Positions 27,273 to 36,804 of a stretch of 64,000 bases of DNA are shown in pieces (within the stretch, counting starts at the first letter, position 1; each line of letters starts with the position of its first letter). The notes beneath the pieces were generated by a model. The model searched no databases. It was not told the DNA's origin and saw only the letters and a program-made list of their open reading frames with translations. The position numbers and the translations under genes were made by a program. This stretch comes from Candidatus Latescibacterota bacterium. GTDB lineage: Bacteria > Latescibacterota > UBA2968 > GCA-2709665. Where the stretch lies: contig OZ241917.1 in NCBI GenBank assembly GCA_965203805.1, positions 512,001 through 576,000 of the forward strand, in the 5' to 3' direction.

Positions 27273-28433
27273 CTATTGCCCATTGTTGAGGGCAAATTTG
27301 ACGAAGTCGCCGAAATTGGTCGTGTCGAAGGTTCTGAAGGAGGTGAGCATGGACGGCGTCCACTCGTCGTGCCAGATCCACGCCGTCCATCCGATGCCGC
27401 GGGTCTGGCAGAAGTCGATCAGGGGCTGGCCGTAGTCTTCTCTGGTTCTTACCGGATCTTCCGAGTGCCCGTACCCCCATTCGCCCAGGAAGACCGCTTC
27501 GGTTTTGTCCAGATCCGAAAGAACGCTTTTCCAGGCTTCGCCCTTCCAGGGATAGGGATGGGTTTCATACACCACGTTGGGCCGATCGACCGGGTTGTCG
27601 AGCGCGCCGCTCAGGTCGTACCCCCAGTCGACGCCGGAAACCAGAACGAGCGCCCGGGGATCCACGCCGTGGATGACGTCGACCAGAGACTCGGCCACGG
27701 GCCGCCAGTCGTCCCAGGCGATAAACGCGGGTTCGTTGAACGTGCCGTAGATGACGTGGGGCTGATCGCTGTATCTTCGCACGATCCTGTCGAGCGCTTC
27801 TTTTGCCAGTGAAAGATCGGGGTTGTACGGATTGCCGCGCCACGGGTGCAGGTACCCCCACTCGGGACGTTCCGTCTGGCCGGTCAGCGGATTCCCGTGC
27901 GCGTGCCAGCCGATAAAGATGTAGACGCCGCGCTTTTGGCCCCACGCGACGATCGGATCCACGAATGCGGGCAGGTAGTCCCGATGCCGGTCCCAGAGGT
28001 CCGGGTGAATGGGGACCCGGACGATATCCACGTTCCAGTCGTCGGCCAGAACGTCCAGCGCGTCCTGTCCACGGCGGGTGGCGGCGTGCAGAAAGTACGG
28101 ATCGATCACGGCCACGCCCCGAAGGACGACGTCCACGCGCCGACCGAAGGCGTCAGCGAAGGCCAGAAAGTCGGCGAAATCGACGCTCCCGCTGTTGTCC
28201 AGGTCGAATTCGACCGCTGGCGAACCGAAGGCGTCCGCGAACAGCAGAAAGTCGGGGAGGTCCACCAGCCCGCCGCCGTCGAAGTCCGCGGCGGCGGCAT
28301 TCGCGCTGACGATTCTGTGCCCCTCAACCCGCAGTCTCGAAAGGTTGTCGACGGCATCGGCCGGTGCAGGCGAGACAGACAGGGTGAGGATGAGGATTGC
28401 TGAAACCAGGCTTCTGGACTTCCATACCTTCAT
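27273..28433 (-). CDS. secreted glycoside hydrolase family 5 protein with inserted EF-hand/dockerin-like module
   Basis: Signal peptide (..SPAPA), LRVEG.RIV, VRVP, GWH, acid/base NEP, HPY, nucleophile GEWG and GWTAW. Confidence 0.85.
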   Translation of the reverse strand: MKVWKSRSLVSAILILTLSVSPAPADAVDNLSRLRVEGHRIVSANAAAADFDGGGLVDLPDFLLFADAFGSPAVEFDLDNSGSVDFADFLAFADAFGRRVDVVLRGVAVIDPYFLHAATRRGQDALDVLADDWNVDIVRVPIHPDLWDRHRDYLPAFVDPIVAWGQKRGVYIFIGWHAHGNPLTGQTERPEWGYLHPWRGNPYNPDLSLAKEALDRIVRRYSDQPHVIYGTFNEPAFIAWDDWRPVAESLVDVIHGVDPRALVLVSGVDWGYDLSGALDNPVDRPNVVYETHPYPWKGEAWKSVLSDLDKTEAVFLGEWGYGHSEDPVRTREDYGQPLIDFCQTRGIGWTAWIWHDEWTPSMLTSFRTFDTTNFGDFVKFALNNGQ

Positions 28434-28510
28434 GGACATTCCTGGATCGATTGCGCAATGCGTCTTTTTCGTTTCCGCCGTATAGCCATGCTCAGGAAAC
28501 GGATGTGAGG

Positions 28511-28534
28511 GTGGGGCAGACATTCCTGTCTGCC
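28511..28534. repeat. REP-like hairpin GTGGGGCAGACATTCCTGTCTGCC
   Basis: GGCAGACA-TTCC-TGTCTGCC perfect 8-bp stem. Confidence 0.55.
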
Positions 28535-28548
28535 TGCGTGCGCTAAAC

Positions 28549-29040
28549 ATGCCATCCCGAGGAGGCCCGCAAACCGGTGATGTGTCCGCGCACGGGTTCT
28601 TCCGCGAAGGGCATCCGCCCCGCGTCCAGTCGAGAAGACGGGAGATTCTTCGCTGCGCTCAGAATGACATGCTATGCGCTGGCCTTCAGCGAAATGTGTC
28701 GATCACGCCTGCGCCAATACTGTCATCATGAGGAAGCCGACAGAGAGGCGATGGGTCCGCGCACAAGTTCGTCTGCGAAGTGCATCTGCCCCACATCCAA
28801 TCGAGTAGACGGTAGATTCTTCGACGACGCTCAGAATGACAGTTGGGTTGAATACTATTCGGGAAATGCATCCGATACACAAACGCCTGACATGTCATCC
28901 AGAGGAGGCGCCCCGCCTGCCAGCGATTTATCGGCAGGCAGGCCGACGAAGGATCTACTGCGGCATCGAATTCTCCCTGCGCGATTTGCACGTGACGACA
29001 CCAGAGAGGCGGCACGTCCGCATGCGTGCTCGGAATGACA
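28549..29040. repeat. three tandem degenerate palindromic elements TG(T/C)CATC..GAG....CTC(A/G)GAATGACA
   Basis: Copies at about 28549-28669, 28721-28841 and 28893-29040, with a 172-bp period. Copies 1 and 2 also align internally. Confidence 0.75.
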
Positions 29041-29140
29041 GGCTGCCCTGCATCAGGCCGGTGCAACCTATCCGCGAAAGATATGAAGAATCCCTTTGTG
29101 TAGCAAGGCCGAAGGGAATCTCAACGATGTTTGGCGCATC

Positions 29141-29169
29141 TTGACATCGCGAGATGAACATCGTATTTT
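29141..29169 (+). promoter_or_regulatory. sigma70 promoter of the two-gene module
   Basis: TTGACA-17nt-TATTTT. Confidence 0.55.
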
Positions 29170-29229
29170 GAAAAATTAGCCACTTCGAACAGGGATAGGG
29201 GAAGTGTTATTGCCGAACTCACCTCACGC

Positions 29230-29445
29230 ATGGTTTCTCAGTCGCGCGTGATTGCCAGAGGTGAACGGATCCGCGACCTTGATCGATTGGTACGCACTTT
29301 TGGTGGCCGAAGATCCAGATGGACGAAAAAGAGCAGCCCGCGTTTCGAGATTCACGGTTTCCATTACGAATATCACTGGTACGAACATCCGGATGCGGGC
29401 CGTGTCGAACTGAAACGGAAGAGAGTCGCCGCCAATGACGGTTAG
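29230..29445 (+). CDS. small basic hypothetical protein with HWYE motif (putative toxin)
   Basis: IAxGxxIRD..RL...G....W.K and HWYE...G..E.K pattern; Arg/Lys-rich. The frame is open upstream, so the true start may be non-ATG near 29206-29209. Confidence 0.6.
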   Translation: MVSQSRVIARGERIRDLDRLVRTFGGRRSRWTKKSSPRFEIHGFHYEYHWYEHPDAGRVELKRKRVAANDG

Positions 29446-29767
29446 ATTTCGAAGCCAACGCGCAGACTACCCCGATCTGACTCCCGGGCAGGAATATGGG
29501 GTTATCGGAATCGAAGCGGATGATTTGCGTGTCTTAAGCGATCAAGGTCGACCGTACCTGTATCCCGCGGACGCATTCGAGATTGTGAATTCTCGTGAGC
29601 CAGGAGATTGGATTACGGTTTACGGAGAAGACGGTGAGCGGTACGCATACCCGCCACCGCTGAATGGCAATGGATTCTTTGAAGACTTCTTCGACGAAGA
29701 CGAGGAGGCCGTTGCCGTCTTTTGGCGAACTGTTAATCAGCGTTTGGCTGACACGATGGCGGTTTAA
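29435..29767 (+). CDS. small acidic hypothetical protein (putative immunity/antitoxin)
   Basis: LT.G..Y.V.GIE.D..RV..D.G.PYLYP...FEI SH3-like pattern; overlaps the upstream gene by 11 nt. Confidence 0.7.
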   Translation: MTVRFRSQRADYPDLTPGQEYGVIGIEADDLRVLSDQGRPYLYPADAFEIVNSREPGDWITVYGEDGERYAYPPPLNGNGFFEDFFDEDEEAVAVFWRTVNQRLADTMAV

Positions 29768-29788
29768 TGGGAATTGTGTTGCACATTT

Positions 29789-29819
29789 GCCCTGCTCTGA
29801 TCGGCAGGGCTTTTTTTTT
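29789..29819 (+). terminator. intrinsic terminator
   Basis: GCCCTGC-loop-GCAGGGC followed by T9. Confidence 0.75.
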
Positions 29820-30126
29820 CTGCAAGCTATCGAAACCGGTACCGATGGTCCTACAGGCAGTGACCCGTAATGGGTCCCACCTGCCCCACAATCGGAACCG
29901 TGAACGCCGAGCGTGCGGACCCATTATTTGTCCCGGCTCTCCAGTCTTGTACGATACCCCGCCAGTGTCTGATGCCGCTGCAATCCAGTGTTCGATACGG
30001 CGCATGGTTTCAGGATTTACCTTGTAAGCCCGTCGGATTGGAGTTATATTTGAAGCTTTTGGGCGGATTTCCAGGAGGTCCGAATCGAAGCGCCCGACGG
30101 ACGTTCATTTGATCGGAGAAATCCCG

Positions 30127-31113
30127 ATGTTGAAATATATCGCGTGGCGAATCCTGATGATGATTCCCACGCTCTTCGCCATTTCCATCGTGTCGTTCCT
30201 GATCATCCAGCTTCCGCCTGGGGACTTTCTCACCTCGTACCTGGCGCAGCTCACGTCAATGGGCGAGACGGTGAGCGAAGAGGTCATCGAGGCGCTGAGG
30301 GCGCGGTACGGACTGGGCAGTCCGGTCTACGTCCAGTACTGGACCTGGATGACCGGGATCATCACCCAGGGCGATTTCGGAATGTCCCTTCTGTGGGGCC
30401 GGCCCGTGAGCGAACTGCTCTGGGAGCGGGTCAGCCTGACGGTGATGGTGAGCGCGAGTTCGGTGCTCTTCATCTGGGTGGTCGCGATTCCCATCGGCAT
30501 CTATTCCGCGGTGCGGCAATATTCAATCGGCGATTACATCTTCACGTTTCTGGGCTTCCTGGGGTTGGCCACGCCGCCGTTCATGCTGGCGCTGATCGCG
30601 CTGTGGATCGTCTTCGTGTCCACGGGAAGCGTGCTGGTGGGGCTCTTTTCGCCGGAGTTCATCGACGCGCCGTGGTCGATCGCCAAGGCATTGGACCTGC
30701 TTGCCCATCTGTGGATTCCAATGGTCATCCTGGGTACCGCGGGGACCGCCGGGACGATCCGAGTGATCCGCGCCCAGATGCTGGATGAACTGCACAAGCC
30801 CTATGTGGTGACCGCCAGGGCGAAAGGCGTTTCGGAACTGAAGCTGCTCTTCAAGTATCCCGTGCGGATCGCCCTGAATCCCTTCTTCAGTACCCTGGGA
30901 TGGCTGCTGCCACGGCTGATCGCCGGTGAGATCCTGGTGTCCATCGTGTTGAATCTGCCCACCACGGGGCCGCTGCTCCTGGGAGCCCTGACCAATCAGG
31001 ATATGTACCTGGCCGGGAGCTTTATGCTGATCCTGAGCACGTTAACCGTGATCGGGACGCTGATTTCGGACATTCTGCTCGCGTGGGTGGATCCGAGAAT
31101 CCGGTACTCATAG
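30127..31113 (+). CDS. ABC transporter permease (DppB/OppB type)
   Basis: PPGD, GDFG.S, Y..TARAKG EAA loop, QDMYLA and DPRIR. Confidence 0.92.
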   Translation: MLKYIAWRILMMIPTLFAISIVSFLIIQLPPGDFLTSYLAQLTSMGETVSEEVIEALRARYGLGSPVYVQYWTWMTGIITQGDFGMSLLWGRPVSELLWERVSLTVMVSASSVLFIWVVAIPIGIYSAVRQYSIGDYIFTFLGFLGLATPPFMLALIALWIVFVSTGSVLVGLFSPEFIDAPWSIAKALDLLAHLWIPMVILGTAGTAGTIRVIRAQMLDELHKPYVVTARAKGVSELKLLFKYPVRIALNPFFSTLGWLLPRLIAGEILVSIVLNLPTTGPLLLGALTNQDMYLAGSFMLILSTLTVIGTLISDILLAWVDPRIRYS

Positions 31114-31123
31114 AACATCGGCT

Positions 31124-32389
31124 GTGCCGGAGAATGGACAGGAGACGCACAAGATCGCTACGGAACCGCAAGACAAGAGACATTCAGAGCGTCGGCCGCA
31201 GACAGGCGGGACGTTGAAGGGTGTCGTCGGAAAGCTGCAGGAAGTCGGAATCCCCGGGTTCCGCCGGAGCCGCAAAGCCCGGCAGGCCGGCGAGGAAACC
31301 GGGGCGCAGGTGCTGGTGGCCTCCCAGTGGCGGCTGATGTGGTGGAAGTTCCGCAAACACCAGCTGGCGAAGTTCGCGGGTGCGGTCCTGATTCTTTTCT
31401 ATCTGGTGGCGGGTTTCTGTGAATTCGTGGCGCCGCACGATCCGCACCGCCTGAACACAGAGTATATTCACGCGCCTCCTCAGAAGGTTCGATTCTTCGA
31501 CGTCGAGGGGGCGTTTCATGTCAGGCCTTTCGTGTACCGGCACGTGCAGCAGCGGGACCGGGTCACCCTCCGCCTTACCTATCACGAGGACCGATCCAGG
31601 CGCTTCCCGATTCGATTCCTTGTCGCGGGAGACCCGTATGCCCTGTGGGGGTGGCTCCCCATGCGACGCCATCTGATCGGTCTCGAAGATGGAGAACGCC
31701 TGTTCCTGCTGGGCGCCGACCGCATGGGCCGGGACCTGCTGTCCCGCATCGCGTACGGGGCGCGGGTCTCGCTCTCCATCGGATTGATCGGCATTGCCAT
31801 CAGTTTCGTTCTGGGCCTGATCATGGGTGGGATTTCCGGGTACTTCGGAGGGAGAATCGACGACGTCATCCAGCGGCTGATCGAGTTCATTATGGGTATT
31901 CCGGGTCTGCCCCTCTGGATGACGCTCAGCGCCGCGCTGCCCCCGGACTGGCCGATCATCCGGGTCTATTTCGGCATTACGATCATTCTGGCATTCGTGG
32001 GCTGGACCGGCCTGGCGAGGGTCGTGCGCGGGCGGTTTCTGGCGTTGCGGGAAGAGGATTTCGTGATGGCGGCACGGCTGGGGGGCGCGCGGGAAAGCCG
32101 GATCATCGCCAAACACTTGGTGCCGTCGTTCATGAGTTACATCATCGCCGCGCTCACGCTGGCGGTTCCGCAGATGATTCTGGGTGAGACGGCGCTGAGC
32201 TTCATCGGGCTGGGTCTGCGGTCGCCCGCGATCAGCTGGGGGGTGCTCCTGCAGGACGCGATGAATATCCGGGCCGTGGCGCATTTCCCGTGGCTTCTGC
32301 TGCCGGGCGTGTTCGTCATCGTCGCCGTGCTTGCGTTCAACTTTCTGGGTGACGGGCTGAGAGACGCGGCCGATCCATATACCAGGTAG
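31124..32389 (+). CDS. ABC transporter permease (DppC/OppC type)
   Basis: [33 protein letters not shown] and [13 protein letters not shown]. Start is uncertain. Confidence 0.92.
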   Translation: MPENGQETHKIATEPQDKRHSERRPQTGGTLKGVVGKLQEVGIPGFRRSRKARQAGEETGAQVLVASQWRLMWWKFRKHQLAKFAGAVLILFYLVAGFCEFVAPHDPHRLNTEYIHAPPQKVRFFDVEGAFHVRPFVYRHVQQRDRVTLRLTYHEDRSRRFPIRFLVAGDPYALWGWLPMRRHLIGLEDGERLFLLGADRMGRDLLSRIAYGARVSLSIGLIGIAISFVLGLIMGGISGYFGGRIDDVIQRLIEFIMGIPGLPLWMTLSAALPPDWPIIRVYFGITIILAFVGWTGLARVVRGRFLALREEDFVMAARLGGARESRIIAKHLVPSFMSYIIAALTLAVPQMILGETALSFIGLGLRSPAISWGVLLQDAMNIRAVAHFPWLLLPGVFVIVAVLAFNFLGDGLRDAADPYTR

Positions 32390-32397
32390 GGGGGACG

Positions 32398-33408
32398 ATG
32401 GATCCATCGGTGTTGCTCGAAGTCCGTGATCTTCGCGCGTATTTCTTCTCGGACGAGGGTACGGTGCGGGCCGTGGACGGGGTGGATTTTCAGATAATGA
32501 AGGGTGAGACCCTCGGCGTGGTCGGTGAAAGCGGCTGCGGCAAGAGCGTGACGGCGCAGTCCATCCTTCAGATTCTGCCGAAGAACGGTCGGATTGTCGA
32601 AGGCGAGGTGCTGCTGCGCGTCAATGGAAAGGCCGTCGACCTGGCGGGATTGAAGCCGAATGGGAGGGAGATCAGGAAAATCCGCGGCAAGGAAATCGCC
32701 ATGATGTTCCAGGAGCCGATGACCTGCCTGAGCCCGGTGCACACCATCGGGAATCAGATCGAAGAGGCCATCAGGTTGCATCGCAGCGCGGACCGGAAGG
32801 AGGCCAGGGAGGTCGCGGTCGATATGCTGCGGAAGTGCGGCATTCCGGAACCGGAGCGGAGGGTGGATGCCTATCCCCACCAGCTGAGCGGGGGCATGCG
32901 CCAGCGGGCGATGATTGCCATGAGCCTGTCCTGCCGGCCCCGTCTGCTGATCGCCGATGAGCCTACGACGGCGCTGGACGTGACCACGCAGGCGCAGATT
33001 CTGGACCTGCTGAAGGATCTGCAGGAGGAAATCCACACCTCAATCATGATGATTACGCACAACCTGGGCGTGGTCGCGGAACTGGCCGACCACGCGATGG
33101 TGATGTACCTCGGAAAGGTCGTGGAGTTCGCGCGCTGCGATACGATCTTCAACGATCCCGGACATCCGTACACCCGCGCCCTCCTGAGGTCCATTCCACG
33201 GCTGGGAAGCAAGGCGAAGGAAGGCCTGCGCTCCATAGAGGGATCGGTGCCGAACCCGTACGAATTGCCCTCCGGCTGCAAATTCCATCCGCGATGTCCG
33301 GACCGGATCGACGGCGTCTGCGACAGGTACGAGCCGGAGTTGACGACAATCGGCGCCGAACACGGCGTGAGTTGCTTCCTGTATTCCGACCCGTCTTCGC
33401 CATGTTGA
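32398..33408 (+). CDS. ABC transporter ATP-binding protein (DppD/OppD)
   Basis: [29 protein letters not shown] and GCKFHPRC. Confidence 0.93.
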   Translation: MDPSVLLEVRDLRAYFFSDEGTVRAVDGVDFQIMKGETLGVVGESGCGKSVTAQSILQILPKNGRIVEGEVLLRVNGKAVDLAGLKPNGREIRKIRGKEIAMMFQEPMTCLSPVHTIGNQIEEAIRLHRSADRKEAREVAVDMLRKCGIPEPERRVDAYPHQLSGGMRQRAMIAMSLSCRPRLLIADEPTTALDVTTQAQILDLLKDLQEEIHTSIMMITHNLGVVAELADHAMVMYLGKVVEFARCDTIFNDPGHPYTRALLRSIPRLGSKAKEGLRSIEGSVPNPYELPSGCKFHPRCPDRIDGVCDRYEPELTTIGAEHGVSCFLYSDPSSPC

Positions 33409-33454
33409 TTTCATGATGTAGAAATAAACATGGATGGACAGGATGAAAACCAAA

Positions 33455-33513
33455 AAAGCACGAGAGAGGCGCGAGAAAACGAGAGAACGAGAAAGGCGCG
33501 AGAAGACGAGCAA
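33455..33513 (+). repeat. purine-rich tandem repeat, two units of about 27 bp
   Basis: ACGAGAGAGGCGCGAGAAAACGAGAGA / ACGAGAAAGGCGCGAGAAGACGAGCAA, inside the ABC operon intergenic gap. Confidence 0.55.
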
Positions 33514-33575
33514 CGGCAATGCGCTCAGAACCGGCATCTGCGCGTGAAGCCAGCCATTCGCAAAGAAAGTTGACC

Positions 33576-34604
33576 ATGGCCGACAGCGAAACCGTTCTTC
33601 TGGACGTGAAGAATCTGCGCAAGCATTTCCCCATCACCGAAGGGTTCATGAAGCGGGTGGTCGGGCAGGTGAAGGCAGTGGACGGCGTCAGTTTCGCGGT
33701 GAAGAAACAGGAGACGCTGGGCCTGATCGGCGAGAGCGGGTGCGGCAAGACAACGGTTGGCCGGAGCATCCTGAGGGCGATCGAACCGACCGGCGGAGAG
33801 GTGTTCTTCGAGGATCACGGCCGGATGGTCGACGTCTGCCGCCTTTCACGGAGGGAGTTGAGGTCGTTTCGCAGACACATGCAGATGGTGTTTCAGGATC
33901 CGTACTCCTCGCTGAATCCCCGGATGACCGTTTTCGATATCGTGGCGGAGCCGCTTGTGGTGAACCGGATCGCACGGGGGGCGGAGCTTGAGGACCGGGT
34001 CGCGGAGTTGCTCAGGGTCGTCGGGCTGGACCCGCAGTTCATGCGCCGTTATCCGCACGCGTTCAGCGGCGGGCAGAGACAGCGGATCGGCGTCGCGCGG
34101 GCCCTGGCGTTGAACCCCAGGCTGATCATCGGCGATGAACCGGTTTCGGCGCTGGACGTGTCGGTCCAGGCACAGGTGTTGAACCTGCTCCAGGAACTGC
34201 AGGAGCGTTTGGGCCTGACGTATCTGTTCATTTCTCACGATCTGGCGGTGGTGGAACACATCAGCGACCGGATCGCCATCATGTACGTGGGGCAAATCGT
34301 GGAACTGTCGGACGAGGAAACGCTGTTCGCCACGCCCAGACACCCTTATACGGAAGCGCTGCTTTCGGCCGTCCCAAAGCCCGATCCCTCGTACACGAAG
34401 CGGAAGATCCTGCTGAAGGGCGAAGTGGCCGATCCGGCCAATCCGCCCTCGGGATGCTATTTCCACCCCCGGTGTCCCTACGCCGAGGATCTGTGCCGGG
34501 AGGAGACGCCGGAACTCATTAACGCTTCGCCGCCCGAACACGACCCTCATTTCGTCCGCTGTCACTTCAGCGACACGCTGCAACTGGTAGGAATCGACGC
34601 ATGA
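33576..34604 (+). CDS. ABC transporter ATP-binding protein (DppF/OppF)
   Basis: [28 protein letters not shown] and GCYFHPRC. Confidence 0.93.
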   Translation: MADSETVLLDVKNLRKHFPITEGFMKRVVGQVKAVDGVSFAVKKQETLGLIGESGCGKTTVGRSILRAIEPTGGEVFFEDHGRMVDVCRLSRRELRSFRRHMQMVFQDPYSSLNPRMTVFDIVAEPLVVNRIARGAELEDRVAELLRVVGLDPQFMRRYPHAFSGGQRQRIGVARALALNPRLIIGDEPVSALDVSVQAQVLNLLQELQERLGLTYLFISHDLAVVEHISDRIAIMYVGQIVELSDEETLFATPRHPYTEALLSAVPKPDPSYTKRKILLKGEVADPANPPSGCYFHPRCPYAEDLCREETPELINASPPEHDPHFVRCHFSDTLQLVGIDA

Positions 34605-36529
34605 CGAAGTCGCGCAAACGGTCCTTCAGGAAGCCGTGTCTCGCGTTCCACGCCTTCATCCTTCTCGCATGTCAGCTCTGTCTGACGGATTGCGTCCCGG
34701 CCTCTCCCGAGGCGTTGAATGAGGCGCCGGCGCTGAGCGAACGCGTCCGCGCGGGACAGCTCCCGCCGGTTCGGGAGCGCCTGCCCGAGTCGCCGGCAGT
34801 CGTGCATCCCCTGGAGCGGACCGGCAGTTACGGCGGTACGTGGCGGCGCGTGCACATGGGCATGCCGGACCGTGCCGGCTGGATGCGTCTTACGTACGAT
34901 CCGCTCCTGCGCTGGTCGAAGGATTACGCCAGGGTCGAGCCCAATCTCGCCCGTTCGTGGGAGGTCTCGGAGGACGGAAGGGAGTTTACGTTCAATTTGC
35001 GAAAAGGGATTCGCTGGTCCGACGGGGCGCCGTTTACCGCGGACGATTACATGTTCTGGTACGAGGACGTGATCCTTAACGACGATCTGAATCCCGTCAA
35101 GCCGAGCTGGCTCACCATCGCCGGCGAACTGGGCATTGTCGAACGACTGGACGACCACACGATCCGGTTTCGTTTCGTGAAACCGAACGGCGTCATCCTG
35201 CAGTGGCTGGCATCGTGGACGGACGTGGTTGCGGGACCGGCGCCGAAACACTACCTCAAGCGGTTTCATCCCAACTATGTACCGGAAGCAGTACTGGATT
35301 CCATTGTGTTCGCGGAAGGATATGACACGTGGATGGCGCTGTACGAAACCAAGAGCAGCGCATTTCTGAATCCCGACCGGCCCGTTCTTTGCGCGTGGCA
35401 GGCGAGAACGGGGGCGGACGCGGCCATCTTCATCGCGGAGCGCAACCCCTACTACTGGAAGGTGGACCCGGAAGGCAATCAGCTGCCGTACATCGACCGG
35501 GTGGAAATGACGCTCGTACAGAGCGCGGAGACGGTGACGCTCAAGGCCATCGCCGGGGAGATCGATATGCAGAGCCGGCGGGTCGAATTCATGAATTATC
35601 CGTTGTTGATGGAGCACCGGGAGAGCGGCGGATACCGGGTTCTGCGGTGGAAGCCGGCCACCACGGGGCAGGGGACCGTGTATCTGAATCAGAACTATTC
35701 CCACCAGGACTCCGTGATGGGCGCCCTGCTCAGGAACCGCACGTTCAGGCGGGCGTTGTCTCTGGGCATCGACCGACGGCAGATGATCGACCTGTTCTAC
35801 ATGGGGGTGACCGAGCCCAGGCAGGTTGTCCCGTATATCGATGAATTGCACGGTGTACCTGGTACCGATACAATGTACACTTCGTTCGATCTGAATCAGG
35901 CGAACCGCCTTCTGGACGAAGTCGGACTCGACAGGCGGGACAGTGCGGGATACCGGCTGCGTCCCGATGGCAAAAGGCTGAAGTTCACGATTGCCGGATT
36001 CACACCTGGAAACGCTTACGTGGACGTGGCGGAACTGCTGGCCTCCCAGTGGACCGCGCTGGGCATCCAGTCCACGGTCAAACCGGAAGACGTGGCCTTG
36101 TGGGTGACGCGCGCCACGGCAGGGGAACACCACGTTTCCGTCTATGCCGCATCCGGCGGGTTCCGGCCGATGATGGATCCGGTCTGGTTCTTCCCGTCGG
36201 CGTCGACGGCCTACTGGGCGCCGCTGCACGGGCTCTGGTACACCAGTGGCGGGAGGGCCGGAGAAAAACCGACCGGCGAAATTGCCCGTATCGTGGAGAT
36301 TTATGAGCAGGCGATGACCACGGTGGACGAAGCGGAGCAGGTGGCGCTGGTGAAGCAGGCGGTGCGACTGCACTCGGAGAATCTCTGGCGGATCGGCGTG
36401 TGCGGAGGGTTCGACCAGGTATTCGTGGTCAAAAACGACTTCCGCAACGTCCCCGAAGTCGGTCTGGGCGACAACCCGCTGTTAACGCCGGGATACACGC
36501 ACCCGGAGCAGTACTTCTTCGACCGGTAG
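34601..36529 (+). CDS. ABC transporter substrate-binding protein (family 5)
   Basis: EAP.L...V..G.LPPV.ERLP, G.YGG, LRKG.RWSDG.PFTADD and [17 protein letters not shown]. Confidence 0.9.
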   Translation: MTKSRKRSFRKPCLAFHAFILLACQLCLTDCVPASPEALNEAPALSERVRAGQLPPVRERLPESPAVVHPLERTGSYGGTWRRVHMGMPDRAGWMRLTYDPLLRWSKDYARVEPNLARSWEVSEDGREFTFNLRKGIRWSDGAPFTADDYMFWYEDVILNDDLNPVKPSWLTIAGELGIVERLDDHTIRFRFVKPNGVILQWLASWTDVVAGPAPKHYLKRFHPNYVPEAVLDSIVFAEGYDTWMALYETKSSAFLNPDRPVLCAWQARTGADAAIFIAERNPYYWKVDPEGNQLPYIDRVEMTLVQSAETVTLKAIAGEIDMQSRRVEFMNYPLLMEHRESGGYRVLRWKPATTGQGTVYLNQNYSHQDSVMGALLRNRTFRRALSLGIDRRQMIDLFYMGVTEPRQVVPYIDELHGVPGTDTMYTSFDLNQANRLLDEVGLDRRDSAGYRLRPDGKRLKFTIAGFTPGNAYVDVAELLASQWTALGIQSTVKPEDVALWVTRATAGEHHVSVYAASGGFRPMMDPVWFFPSASTAYWAPLHGLWYTSGGRAGEKPTGEIARIVEIYEQAMTTVDEAEQVALVKQAVRLHSENLWRIGVCGGFDQVFVVKNDFRNVPEVGLGDNPLLTPGYTHPEQYFFDR

Positions 36530-36570
36530 GGCCGTAGCTCCGCGTCCGGTATTCCCCGGCGGTATCGAAC

Positions 36571-36606
36571 AAAAAAGGAAGTTGAGAATGGTCCTCAACT
36601 TCCCTT
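36571..36606 (-). terminator. terminator of tRNA-Arg
   Basis: Minus strand GGAAGTTGAG-loop-CTCAACTTCC followed by a T run. Confidence 0.7.
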
Positions 36607-36614
36607 GATATATC

Positions 36615-36691
36615 TGGTGCGGATGCCAGGATTCGAACCCGGAACCGCCTGGTCCGTAGCCAGGTGCTCTATCCAGTTGAGCCACATCCGC
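36615..36691 (-). tRNA. tRNA-Arg (anticodon ACG)
   Basis: Acceptor GCGGATG/CATCCGC-ACCA, anticodon arm CCTGG-CTACGGA-CCAGG and GGTTCGAATCC. Promoter TTGACA-17-TAATTT at 36768-36740. Confidence 0.96.
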
Positions 36692-36804
36692 ACCGTATTG
36701 ATCGGCCCGAGCGCAGGTCCAGCGATTTTACGGCCACATAAATTAACCAAAACACTCCGAGGTGTCAAGGAATCCGGGAGTACCAACAACAGCGGGAGGG
36801 TACG

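Noticed and set aside
28549-29040. CRISPR array
   Set aside because: Units are long (172 bp), degenerate and homologous across the would-be spacers, and there are no cas genes.
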